A stretch of DNA of 64,000 bases. Origin: Candidatus Parcubacteria bacterium (GTDB lineage: Bacteria > Patescibacteriota > Saccharimonadia > UBA4664 > JBIOIQ01). The notes under the pieces are model-generated. The model ran no database searches and had not been told where the DNA came from. It was given only the letters and a program-made list of their open reading frames with translations. Positions within the stretch are counted from its first letter, which is position 1. Each line of letters starts with the position of its first letter. This document shows positions 47,419-55,773 of the stretch, piece by piece. The stretch is from contig OY970378.1 of assembly GCA_963718875.1 (NCBI GenBank), positions 477,373 to 541,372 of the forward strand, read 5' to 3'. Made by a program: the position numbers and the translations under genes.

Positions 47419-49995
47419 ATGACAGGTCAAAAAGTGGCTATTTTGGGTTTTGGCGTTGAAGGAAAGGCGGCGTATGAATATTGGAATGGCCAAGGGGCTG
47501 AAATTACAATTTGTGATGCCAAAACCGATTTGAAGCTTCCTGGTGGTGTCAAAAGCAATCTTGGGCCAGATTATCTACAAGACCTTGGTTCGTATGACCT
47601 AGTGGTACGCTCCCCAGGAGTGCCATTTTACCAGGTAAAAACGAGTGTGCCTATTACCAGTGTTACCAGGGAGTTCATGGCCAAATGCCCGGCACAGATT
47701 ATCGGGGTTACAGGAACTAAGGGAAAGGGCACAACCGCTACGCTGATTGCAAAGATATTGGAAGCTGATGGGCATAAAGTGTGGTTGGGGGGTAATATTG
47801 GTACGCCAGCTCTTGATTTCCTGGCTTCCGTACAGCCAACAGATTACGTGGTACTAGAGTTATCAAGCTTCCAGCTCGAAGATGTTACACAAAGCCCTCG
47901 GGTAGGAGTTTGCCTGATGATTGCTCCAGATCATCTGGACCACCATCGCCATATGGAGGAGTATATTCAGGCCAAGGGCAACATTTTTCGCTATCAAACC
48001 AAACAAGATGTGGCGGTCTATCATGGTGGCCAGCCTGAAACCGTCAGGTTGGGGCAGCTTTCTGTGGGGAATCACATTCCATACTGTACCCCCGGAGGGG
48101 CTTATATCCGGGACGAGCAGGTGTGGTTTCGCGACCAATCAATTTGCCCTGTGGCGTCGGTTGGATTGTTGGGGAGGCATAATCTGGAAAATGTCTGTGC
48201 GGCGGTGTCGGTTACTTATGGCCTTGTGCGCTCAAAAGAGAGCGTTGCTAGGATGGTCGCTGAGTTCAAAGGCCTGCCGCACCGGCTAGAGGAAGTCGGT
48301 GAGATAAATGGGGTGCGGTTTATCAACGACTCGTTTGCTGCCAATCCGGTTTCGGCAGTGGCGGCATTAAAGGCCTTGTCTGGGCCAAAGGTGGTGATAT
48401 TAGGTGGGTTTGACCGCCATATAGATCAATCTGAGCTTATCCAAACGGTTAAGCATGAGAACGTTCGTCAGGTGGTTTTGGTGGGGCAAACTGCTAAGAA
48501 CCTAGCGGCTTTACTTAAAAGCGAAAACTTTAGCAATTATGAGATGGGCGGGAAAACCATGGCCGAGATTGTTGAGGCTGCCAGTAACCAGGCTAAGCCC
48601 GGTGATACGGTGCTACTTTCTCCCGGAAGCCCAAGTTTTGATATGTTTCAAAATTTTAGTGATAGGGGGAACAAATTTCGGGACGCGGTTAAGCTCCTTG
48701 AGCGACAGCCTGGGGAGTACAATACGTTTATTTTTGAAGGTTACGGCTTTGACCCTGACATAAAGCAACTTGAGCTCAAGTACAGTTTTGATGGTTTGGT
48801 GCAATTTGTCGAGACTTTTAGCTTTGATTTTGAGTTTGCGCCAGACTATGACCAAGCTGCTTTAGAGCGAGCTTGTTTTGGCTTATTTATGATGGCGGGA
48901 GTGTCTTACTATAAGGCGGGTTTACCATCTGAAATTAAGATTCGTCAAGGCAGGCTGTCTCAATCTCAAGCTGATTTTTTTCAAAAGACCTACAGGTTGG
49001 GTTTAGGTGAGTTTTGTTATCGTAACAACTTACCCCTGGTAAAGCTCATGCTCCCAGTTAGCTTAGAAGTGGAGGAAGTAAGTGATATTAATGGTCTTTA
49101 TGGCAGTTTGGTGCCGGTTGGTGGCGGTAAGGACTCGCTAGTAACGATTGAGCTGCTCAGGGAAGCGGGTGAGGATATGGTTACCTGGATGGTCAATCAT
49201 AACGACCAGGTCGAGCCCCTAATAGCTAAAACCGCCCTGCCTCATATGTCGGTAACTAGACAGGTTGCCCCTGAACTGATTAGGCTGAATCAACAAGGGG
49301 CTTTAAACGGTCATGTGCCAATTTCGGCCATTCTTAACTTTGCGGGGGTAATTTCGGCCATCTTATCGGGTAGAGCAAGCCTGGTGTTGTCCAATGAGTG
49401 GTCGGCCGGAGAAGGTAATACCGAATACGAGGGAGTAATGGTCAATCATCAGTATTCAAAAAGCTTTGAGTTTGAGCAGGATTTTCAAGAATATGTAAAA
49501 TCATCGATTTCACCTTCAATTGACGTGTTTTCACTGCTGCGACCGTTGAGTGAGCTCAAAATTGCTGAAACGTTTTGTACTAAACACTTTGATAAATACG
49601 CGGAGGTGTTTTCCTCGTGTAATCGAAATTTTCACCTGGAGGATCATGCTGCTCTGTATTGGTGTGGAGAGTGTCCAAAATGCGCCTTTGTTTTTTTAAT
49701 ATTTTCGCCGTTTTTATCAAAACAAGCCTTAGTCGGCTTGTTTGAGGGTAAAAACTTGTTTGCTTCTGAAGAGCTTGAGCCTACATTTGACGAACTGCTG
49801 GGGCTCTCAGGCCACAAACCCTTTGAGTGTGTAGGTGAAATAAAGGAATGCCGGCAGGCGTTATTAATGGCTAAGGCCAAGGGAGAATACCCTGAACTTG
49901 CTCGCTACAGCTTTCCCGACCCTGAATTTGATTATAAAGAGAAACACTCAAACAATATTCCAGATCAGTTTAAGTCCTTGATTGATAAATTATGA
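47419..49995 (+). CDS. murD: MurD (UDP-MurNAc-L-Ala:Glu ligase) fused to a ~420-aa PP-loop-like domain
   Basis: N-terminal Mur ligase (GVTGTKGKGTT); from about 48715 a second domain with VPVGGGKDSLV (PP-loop-like) and CGECPKC; ORF opens at 47359. Confidence 0.8.
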   Translation: MTGQKVAILGFGVEGKAAYEYWNGQGAEITICDAKTDLKLPGGVKSNLGPDYLQDLGSYDLVVRSPGVPFYQVKTSVPITSVTREFMAKCPAQIIGVTGTKGKGTTATLIAKILEADGHKVWLGGNIGTPALDFLASVQPTDYVVLELSSFQLEDVTQSPRVGVCLMIAPDHLDHHRHMEEYIQAKGNIFRYQTKQDVAVYHGGQPETVRLGQLSVGNHIPYCTPGGAYIRDEQVWFRDQSICPVASVGLLGRHNLENVCAAVSVTYGLVRSKESVARMVAEFKGLPHRLEEVGEINGVRFINDSFAANPVSAVAALKALSGPKVVILGGFDRHIDQSELIQTVKHENVRQVVLVGQTAKNLAALLKSENFSNYEMGGKTMAEIVEAASNQAKPGDTVLLSPGSPSFDMFQNFSDRGNKFRDAVKLLERQPGEYNTFIFEGYGFDPDIKQLELKYSFDGLVQFVETFSFDFEFAPDYDQAALERACFGLFMMAGVSYYKAGLPSEIKIRQGRLSQSQADFFQKTYRLGLGEFCYRNNLPLVKLMLPVSLEVEEVSDINGLYGSLVPVGGGKDSLVTIELLREAGEDMVTWMVNHNDQVEPLIAKTALPHMSVTRQVAPELIRLNQQGALNGHVPISAILNFAGVISAILSGRASLVLSNEWSAGEGNTEYEGVMVNHQYSKSFEFEQDFQEYVKSSISPSIDVFSLLRPLSELKIAETFCTKHFDKYAEVFSSCNRNFHLEDHAALYWCGECPKCAFVFLIFSPFLSKQALVGLFEGKNLFASEELEPTFDELLGLSGHKPFECVGEIKECRQALLMAKAKGEYPELARYSFPDPEFDYKEKHSNNIPDQFKSLIDKL

Positions 49996-50813
49996 CTTCG
50001 AAACGAGTTGTTATTATAACAGGTGTGTCCCGGGGGATAGGCTTGGCTACGGCTAGGTTGTTTAGCGAGCAGGGCTGGGTAGTGGTGGGAACAGTGCGTA
50101 GCCATCCGTCCAAAGGTGATAATAAAGGCAAAAAATATCCACCTGAGCTGGCGGCTACGGCCATTGATGTGCAGATAGCGGAAATGACTAGTTTGACAGA
50201 TATAGAACGGGTGACAAAAAAAACCTTTACGACCTATGGTCGTATTGACGCTGTAGTGGCAAATGCTGGCTACGGTTTACTGGGGGCCTTGGATACCCTG
50301 GATCATGATCAGATTGTTGATCAAATTGCGGTTAATACTGTGGCTGTAGCTGATCTCGCTCGTGTCGTTTTACCAATTATGCGCAAACAAAAAAATGGTG
50401 TGGTTGTGGCCGTATCGAGCGTGGCGGGTCGTATAGGGTTCCCCGGATATAGCATATACAATGCCAGTAAATTTGCGATTGAGGGCATGTTTGAGGCGCT
50501 CAGCTACGAGGTGGAGGGCAGCGGTATTAGGGTCAAGTTGATAGAGCCGAGTACGGTTAAAACTGATTTTTGGGGTCCGAGCGCTCATTTTAGTAAAATT
50601 GTTAAAAATTACTGGACGCAGCGGACCATGAGACACGCACAGGGAGTTACCCGGGGGCTTTCGAGTGATGGGGTCGCTAAGGTGGTGTATAAAGCCGCAA
50701 CGGATAAAAAAGCTAAATTACACTACCCAGTTGGCTTGACCCGGTGGGGAGTACTGGTAAAGCGTTTTTTACCCGACCGTTGGTTTAGAGGCATTGTTAA
50801 GCGCTTTTTATAA
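49992..50813 (+). CDS. Short-chain dehydrogenase/reductase
   Basis: TGVSRGIG cofactor motif, catalytic YNASK. Confidence 0.85.
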   Translation: MTSKRVVIITGVSRGIGLATARLFSEQGWVVVGTVRSHPSKGDNKGKKYPPELAATAIDVQIAEMTSLTDIERVTKKTFTTYGRIDAVVANAGYGLLGALDTLDHDQIVDQIAVNTVAVADLARVVLPIMRKQKNGVVVAVSSVAGRIGFPGYSIYNASKFAIEGMFEALSYEVEGSGIRVKLIEPSTVKTDFWGPSAHFSKIVKNYWTQRTMRHAQGVTRGLSSDGVAKVVYKAATDKKAKLHYPVGLTRWGVLVKRFLPDRWFRGIVKRFL

Positions 50814-50963
50814 AGTTTAAATCTGTTGGCACATCCTCCTAAATTAGTTGGCATAGTGCTAGTAAAATTCGCTATAAAAGGTATAAAGTTTGTAATTGTA
50901 ACCAATTATACTTACCGTGTCATTGAATTTTAAAGCTTATGTTTAGCACAAGTACTAAAAGTA

Positions 50964-50992
50964 TTGACTTTAATTACTCAATGTGGTATATT
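50964..50992 (+). promoter_or_regulatory. Sigma70-type promoter with extended -10
   Basis: TTGACT 50964-50969, 17-nt spacer ending in TGG, TATATT 50987-50992. Confidence 0.55.
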
Positions 50993-51010
50993 GAATTATC
51001 TTCGTTTTTT

Positions 51011-51113
51011 GCGGGGATTTGTGAGAGTGGCCAATGCCATATGGCCTTGATGCGAGAGTATCAAATAACTATTTTTCCGAACCGCTAAGATCGTTCGGCT
51101 CACAAACCCCCGC
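51011..51113 (+). ncRNA. ~100-nt multi-helix structured RNA candidate (riboswitch-like or sRNA)
   Basis: Closing helix GCGGGGATTTGTGAG (51011-51025) / CTCACAAACCCCCGC (51099-51113) enclosing hairpins GGCCA..TGGCC, TTGAT..ATCAA and CCGAAC..GTTCGG. Confidence 0.4.
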
Positions 51114-51166
51114 ATTAAAGACGGCGACCTTTGACAGTCGAATAATCTAAGATCATTAGAGAAACG

Positions 51167-51282
51167 GCTTGCAACTTTGGCTTATTTCGTCGTTGCAGCT
51201 TGCGCTCCGCACTCACCGTACCATTAAGTACGGTTCGCTTGCGGTGCTCGCTGCGCCTAGAACTAAGTCCAGATTTGCAAGC
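51167..51282. repeat. Imperfect palindromic intergenic repeat, family copy R4
   Basis: Arms GCTTGCAA / TTGCAAGC; core TGCGCTCCGCACTC..CGCTTGCGGTGCTCG shared with R5. Confidence 0.7.
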
Positions 51283-51336
51283 CTTGCAAGAAGTACAAAT
51301 ACAAATCTAATACAAAATACTTGCTTCGCATTAACC

Positions 51337-51403
51337 TGCAAGCAGTTATTGTTTCGTTAACTAGGGGAGACCTATGATGTTAGCGAAACGTTATCTGCTT
51401 GCA
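51337..51403 (+). promoter_or_regulatory. 25-nt inverted repeat upstream of the G+C-rich island
   Basis: TGCAAGCAGTTATTGTTTCGTTAAC (51337-51361) vs reverse complement of GTTAGCGAAACGTTATCTGCTTGCA (51379-51403); four mismatches. Confidence 0.5.
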
Positions 51404-51512
51404 TGAAACTGTGCAAGCGAGGATTCGACACTTAGTCGAATTCAGTTGCTCTACCGAACATACAGAAACCACAGACCAGGGTGAGAACTCTGGCAGAGCA
51501 AAGGAAAAGACC

Positions 51513-52448
51513 ATGTCCGACCAGACCGGAGGACCCGGTACCACCGCCCCACCCCGCCGACCCACGCTCCAGGAGCTCGCCGACCAGGCGAGAGCCACGA
51601 TCGAGGAGCAGGCTCGACAGGCGAATGACCTCCAGGGTCAGCGCTCCGCCATCAACGCGATCAGCGGTCGAGTGGCGCAGCACGACGACGCCATCGCTGA
51701 CCTCCGGGACGCTTCGGCCCAGCAGGCCGACGCCGTGGACCGCCTCGGCCAGCGCACGCTGGTGGTCGAGGGACGCACGGACTCGTTGGAGGACTTGGCT
51801 CGCGCCAACGCCGCCGGCGTGGCCGGGCTGACCGCCAACATGGCTGACCTGACCACCAACGTCAACACGCTGGCCACCACGGTGGGCCAGCACGACACCC
51901 GTCTCGACGCCGTCGAGGACGCCGTGACGCCGGCCGCTATGCGGACGGTCGTCACCGAGGTGGTCGAGGAGCGCATGCGCGCTGTTCGGTTCAACTGGGT
52001 GGCCTTCGCCGTGGTGGCGATCGTGGGCTTCATCATCGACCTGTTGGTGTTCTCCGAGATGGGGAGCTTCAACAGCGCCGAGGCGCCGAAGCTCTCCAAG
52101 CACCTCACGGACGTCATGCACACGCAGAACTTCCTGGCCGTCATGCTCGTTGTCCTGGCCCTCGCCATACTCATCGCCCTCATCGTTCCGGTGGTCGGGC
52201 AGGACGAGCGTCCCAGGCAGGACCGCCAGCCCAGGCCGCCTCGGCAGCCCGGATCCGGCGGTGGTTTCATGGCCGGTCTTCGCAACGTTTGGAGGAGGGG
52301 TCGCGGTACGCCCGCTGCCACTGCGCCCATCCCGGCCAACTCCACGCCGGTGGCGACGACGAACCCGTCGGCCTCGTCCAACGCGCCCACTCAGGTGCTG
52401 CCGGCGGTGCCGACGTCCGGTCCGACGCCCTCATCGGGCAACCCGTAG
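51513..52448 (+). CDS. High-G+C island gene A: coiled-coil protein with two TM helices and a Pro-rich tail
   Basis: AAGGAAAAG before ATG 51513; third codon positions almost all G/C; Ala/Asp/Leu periodic N-terminal ~160 aa, TM helices FNWVAFAVVAIVGFIIDLLVF and FLAVMLVVLALAILIALIVPVV, then RPRQDRQPRPPRQPGSGGG.. Confidence 0.7.
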   Translation: MSDQTGGPGTTAPPRRPTLQELADQARATIEEQARQANDLQGQRSAINAISGRVAQHDDAIADLRDASAQQADAVDRLGQRTLVVEGRTDSLEDLARANAAGVAGLTANMADLTTNVNTLATTVGQHDTRLDAVEDAVTPAAMRTVVTEVVEERMRAVRFNWVAFAVVAIVGFIIDLLVFSEMGSFNSAEAPKLSKHLTDVMHTQNFLAVMLVVLALAILIALIVPVVGQDERPRQDRQPRPPRQPGSGGGFMAGLRNVWRRGRGTPAATAPIPANSTPVATTNPSASSNAPTQVLPAVPTSGPTPSSGNP

Positions 52449-52517
52449 TCCACGCGGTTCTTCAAGTGGATTGTCCCAATTCAAATACCTCCTAGCGTCA
52501 AGCAAAGAGGGAACAAC

Positions 52518-52547
52518 CCTCTGTCCGCCCTTCGGGGCGGACAGAGG
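52518..52547 (+). terminator. Hairpin terminator after island gene A
   Basis: CCTCTGTCCGCCC-TTCG-GGGCGGACAGAGG. Confidence 0.7.
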
Positions 52548-52647
52548 AGCAACTTTTACTTCCATGGATAGTAGTCCGCGTGAGAAGCAATTCTTACTCG
52601 GTTTCTGTTCATGGTGCAATCGGCACCCAAACGATAAGGAGGGTGCC

Positions 52648-53826
52648 ATGAGCACCAGAAGAGGTCCTGTTCTGATCATCGTGTGTCTGCTGATGGCAGC
52701 GGGGGCTTTGCTGTTCAAGTACGGCAACGGCCCAACGCCGGCAGTGGCACAGACGCCGCCCACGGTGCCCGTTTCGGACGTCTGCAAGGACGTCCCGGGC
52801 AACGTGCCGAGGTGGTTTGCCAAGGAGACCGACGGCAACAAGTTCGGTCCGGCGGCTCCGTTTGACCTTGGTCCCGCCAGGAAGGCTCAGCACGAGGTCC
52901 TGTGCCTCGACCCGGCCAACCTGGTGATCACCCAGGAGACCATCGACGGGAAGTTCAGCAGTCCGGCAAACCGGGCTGCCCGGACTCGCGTTCTCGTTGC
53001 CAACCCCACTGCGCGGTTGGCAGCGGTGGCCTATGTGCAGGCAGAGTTGGCCAAGGCCAAGGAGGTTCGGCTGGAGGTCCACACGGGACCCTACCAGACC
53101 TTCTACATGACCACCGACGGCGACGTGCCGGAGGTGTTCCAGTCTGCAGGGAGCTTCACCGAGGCACGGCACGTTCTCGTGTACGACTTCGGTAACGGTC
53201 GCACGGTCAACTTCGTACTGGAGTGCAACTTCCAGGGGGAGTTCCCCGGGCCGGTCAAGAACGTGCCGGTGGCAACGCCGGGCACTGTGCCGGCGCTGGT
53301 TCAGCCGGGGCCCACCAGCCCGCCGCCGACGACGTGCCAGTCGACCAACACCTGTTCGACCGTGACCAGCCCACCGCCCGTGTGCTGCGGACCGCCCCCG
53401 ACGACGTGTCAGGTCAACTGCGGTCCGCCCCCGACGACGTGTCAGGTCAACTGCGGTCCGCCGCCGACGACGTGTCAGGTCAACTGCGGTCCGCCGCCGA
53501 CGACGTGTCAGGTCAACTGCGGTCCGCCGCCGACCGTTTGCACACACAAGTGCGCGGGAGAGGACGTTGCGGTCAGTCCGAGTCTGGATCCTGTCGTTTC
53601 GGGACTGGCTGCGGGCAATGCCGCACCCACTGCGGTGGCAACACCGGTCGTGACGGCGCCTCCGGCGCCGCCTCCGCCCGTGACCACAGCCACGCCACCC
53701 GTGACGGCTCTGCCGTCCTCCGATGGCGTGGCAGCTCCACCGCCTGTAGTGGCTCCACCGTACGTGGCGCCCGATGCGGGCACTCCGTCCAACCCGACGA
53801 CGGGAACCATTCCGCCGCCGCCGTAG
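52648..53826 (+). CDS. High-G+C island gene B: secreted or anchored protein with CGPPPTTCQVN tandem repeats and a Pro/Ala/Val-rich tail
   Basis: AAGGAGGG RBS 5 nt before ATG 52648; N-terminal signal/anchor MSTRRGPVLIIVCLLMAAGALLF; ~220-aa globular region; 11-aa Cys/Pro repeats; ORF track start 52150 overlaps gene A and the terminator. Confidence 0.7.
   Translation: MSTRRGPVLIIVCLLMAAGALLFKYGNGPTPAVAQTPPTVPVSDVCKDVPGNVPRWFAKETDGNKFGPAAPFDLGPARKAQHEVLCLDPANLVITQETIDGKFSSPANRAARTRVLVANPTARLAAVAYVQAELAKAKEVRLEVHTGPYQTFYMTTDGDVPEVFQSAGSFTEARHVLVYDFGNGRTVNFVLECNFQGEFPGPVKNVPVATPGTVPALVQPGPTSPPPTTCQSTNTCSTVTSPPPVCCGPPPTTCQVNCGPPPTTCQVNCGPPPTTCQVNCGPPPTTCQVNCGPPPTVCTHKCAGEDVAVSPSLDPVVSGLAAGNAAPTAVATPVVTAPPAPPPPVTTATPPVTALPSSDGVAAPPPVVAPPYVAPDAGTPSNPTTGTIPPPP
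53386..53535 (+). repeat. 33-bp tandem repeat, about 4.5 copies, in frame within gene B
   Basis: TGCGGTCCGCC(C/G)CCGACGACGTGTCAGGTCAAC repeated head to tail with one or two substitutions. Confidence 0.95.
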
Positions 53827-54037
53827 GACACCACTTCTGCCCATTCGGGCAGGGGTCTACCCCAGGGTCTGGGGTGGTGCGCAAGCGCCACCCCGCCCTG
53901 TGGGTATACATATTCTTAATGATTTTGGATTATTCGATTGCTCCAAGGGTTAGTGCCCTTTAACATTTAGCGTCCAACTTAACTTGTAGATCATATTAAA
54001 TTCATTTTAACGTTCATTATTTAAAAGGAGAGCACAT

Positions 54038-55318
54038 ATGAAAGCTCAAATTCTCAAGCGAATTGCTGCTAGTGTTGCAGTGCTCGCTATCGGCCTGGTT
54101 CCTTTTGTTGCTGGCGCTGCTAGCAACTGGGGTCCTGCCCGTCCTGCTCTAACCTACAATGGCAACAACACTCCAGGTGCTGACCATGTAGTGTTTAACT
54201 CATTTACCAATAACCCTAACTATGGTGATGAGCGTGCGTTTTTTGATGGTAAGTCTGCCACTAACACCACAACTGGTGGTTACCAAGACACCATTAACGT
54301 AGATACTAATGGCGAATATCTGTTACGCATTTACGTTCACAACAATGCCGATCCTACGCTTAACGCTGGTGGTACCGGTATTGCTCGTAACACTAAAGTT
54401 CGGGTAGCTTTGCCGACCAATACAGATCGTAGCCTACGGGCCAACGCCTTTATTTCGGCTGACAATGCTAATCCAGGTACGGTGTTTGACTCAGTCGATT
54501 TCCAGACTACTGGAGCTTCAAACTTTGGTTTAAGCTATGTGCCTGGCTCGGCTAAAATCTACACTAATGTTACCCCCGCTGGCCGGGCTGTTAACGATAG
54601 TATCGTTGGCGCCGGTGCCCCTATTGGTTACGAAACCAACGATGGCAATATGCCTGGATGTTTCCAGTTTACTGCCTTCGTGACCTTGAAAGTTAGGGTT
54701 AACGCCCCTTTGTTAACGCTCAAAAAACAAGTTAAGTTAAACGACAGTGACGCTTGGACCTCAAGCGTTAACGCTAAACCCGGTGATTCAGTTTCATGGT
54801 TGATAACATTTAACAACACTGGAACTGCTCAAGTTGACAACATGATTGTCCGTGACCAATTACCTCCTCATGTAACGGTGGTCCCTGGATCAGTTATGTG
54901 GTTCGACACCCGCCGCCCTAATGGTCAACAGATGCCAGATGGTGCGCTGTTTACCACGGGAGGTATAAATGTCGGTAGCTACGCTGCTGGTGGTGGCGGT
55001 TACATCCGTTTCCGTACCACGTTGAACAATGACTTTACTGCTTGCAGTACAACCATTAACAACAACAGCTTTGTAAAAGCTACTAACATGCCTGAGATTT
55101 CAGCTTCAGCTGGAGTGGTAGTAACAAAGGTTTGTACAACTACAACTACTGTTACTCCTCCTCCTGTAGTGACCCCTCCTCCGGTAACCCCTCCCGCTCT
55201 TCCTGCTACTGGTGCCGAAGGTGCCTTAGCTGGAATATTCGGTACAGCCGGTATCGGTTACAGTCTGCGCTCATACTTGCGCAGCAAACGTGGCCTTATC
55301 GATTCTTTGAAACGATAA
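54038..55318 (+). CDS. LPXTG-anchored surface protein with a DUF11-like repeat domain
   Basis: Signal peptide, beta-rich domains, Thr/Pro linker, sorting signal LPATG plus hydrophobic stretch plus RSKRG tail. Confidence 0.85.
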   Translation: MKAQILKRIAASVAVLAIGLVPFVAGAASNWGPARPALTYNGNNTPGADHVVFNSFTNNPNYGDERAFFDGKSATNTTTGGYQDTINVDTNGEYLLRIYVHNNADPTLNAGGTGIARNTKVRVALPTNTDRSLRANAFISADNANPGTVFDSVDFQTTGASNFGLSYVPGSAKIYTNVTPAGRAVNDSIVGAGAPIGYETNDGNMPGCFQFTAFVTLKVRVNAPLLTLKKQVKLNDSDAWTSSVNAKPGDSVSWLITFNNTGTAQVDNMIVRDQLPPHVTVVPGSVMWFDTRRPNGQQMPDGALFTTGGINVGSYAAGGGGYIRFRTTLNNDFTACSTTINNNSFVKATNMPEISASAGVVVTKVCTTTTTVTPPPVVTPPPVTPPALPATGAEGALAGIFGTAGIGYSLRSYLRSKRGLIDSLKR

Positions 55319-55447
55319 GCATCAAAGTCGAGAGTCGAAAGTTGTGAGCTGGGGTTTGTCCCTCACTCATGACTCAACACTCAAAACTCATGACGTTTAG
55401 GATCGGGGCTTGCCCCGTAACAGGCGCTTGCCGCAAAGCAAGTAATC

Positions 55448-55479
55448 AAAAAGACTCCCCATTGAACGGGAGTCTTTTT
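55448..55479 (+). terminator. Intrinsic terminator
   Basis: AAAAAGACTCCC-CATTGAAC-GGGAGTCTTTTT. Confidence 0.8.
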
Positions 55480-55491
55480 GTGTCTGAGGCA

Positions 55492-55623
55492 GAACTTACG
55501 CACGTGGCACATTTCGGCGCAAAGACTGCGCTCCGCACTCGTCCCCGGATCAAGTCCGGGGCAGGCTAGCGCTTGTTGCGGTGCTCGTCTTTGCATCCGA
55601 ACTGCACTCACGTGCGTAAGTTC
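55492..55623. repeat. Imperfect palindromic intergenic repeat, family copy R5
   Basis: Perfect 15-bp outer arms GAACTTACGCACGTG / CACGTGCGTAAGTTC; core TGCGCTCCGCACTC..GCGGTGCTCG; apical hairpin CCCCGGAT-CAA-GTCCGGGG. Confidence 0.8.
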
Positions 55624-55773
55624 TGGGGCAGGATCTGGACGCTCATCCGGCTAAGAGTTACTGAAACGGAGCATCCTCACCAGGGCGGGGACTTCCTGTT
55701 TAGCATGACAATTGGAGGTTAGATGCTCTTAAAACGAAGGTGATTTAGTCGTTGCTAGGGTATAATTAGGCTT

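Noticed and set aside
53386-53535. 33-bp direct repeats as a CRISPR array
   Set aside because: The repeats are contiguous with no spacers, lie in frame inside a coding sequence, and no cas genes are nearby.
51432-53963. Long ORFs on the minus strand and in alternative plus frames across the island (51432..52121 -, 51638..52390 -, 52609..53844 -, 53223..53963 +, 52150..52647 part of +)
   Set aside because: High-G+C DNA lacks stop codons in most frames. These ORFs have Arg/Gly/Pro-rich junk translations, no RBS, and run across hairpin terminators. The two frames retained have RBSs, signal/TM features and G/C-rich third positions.
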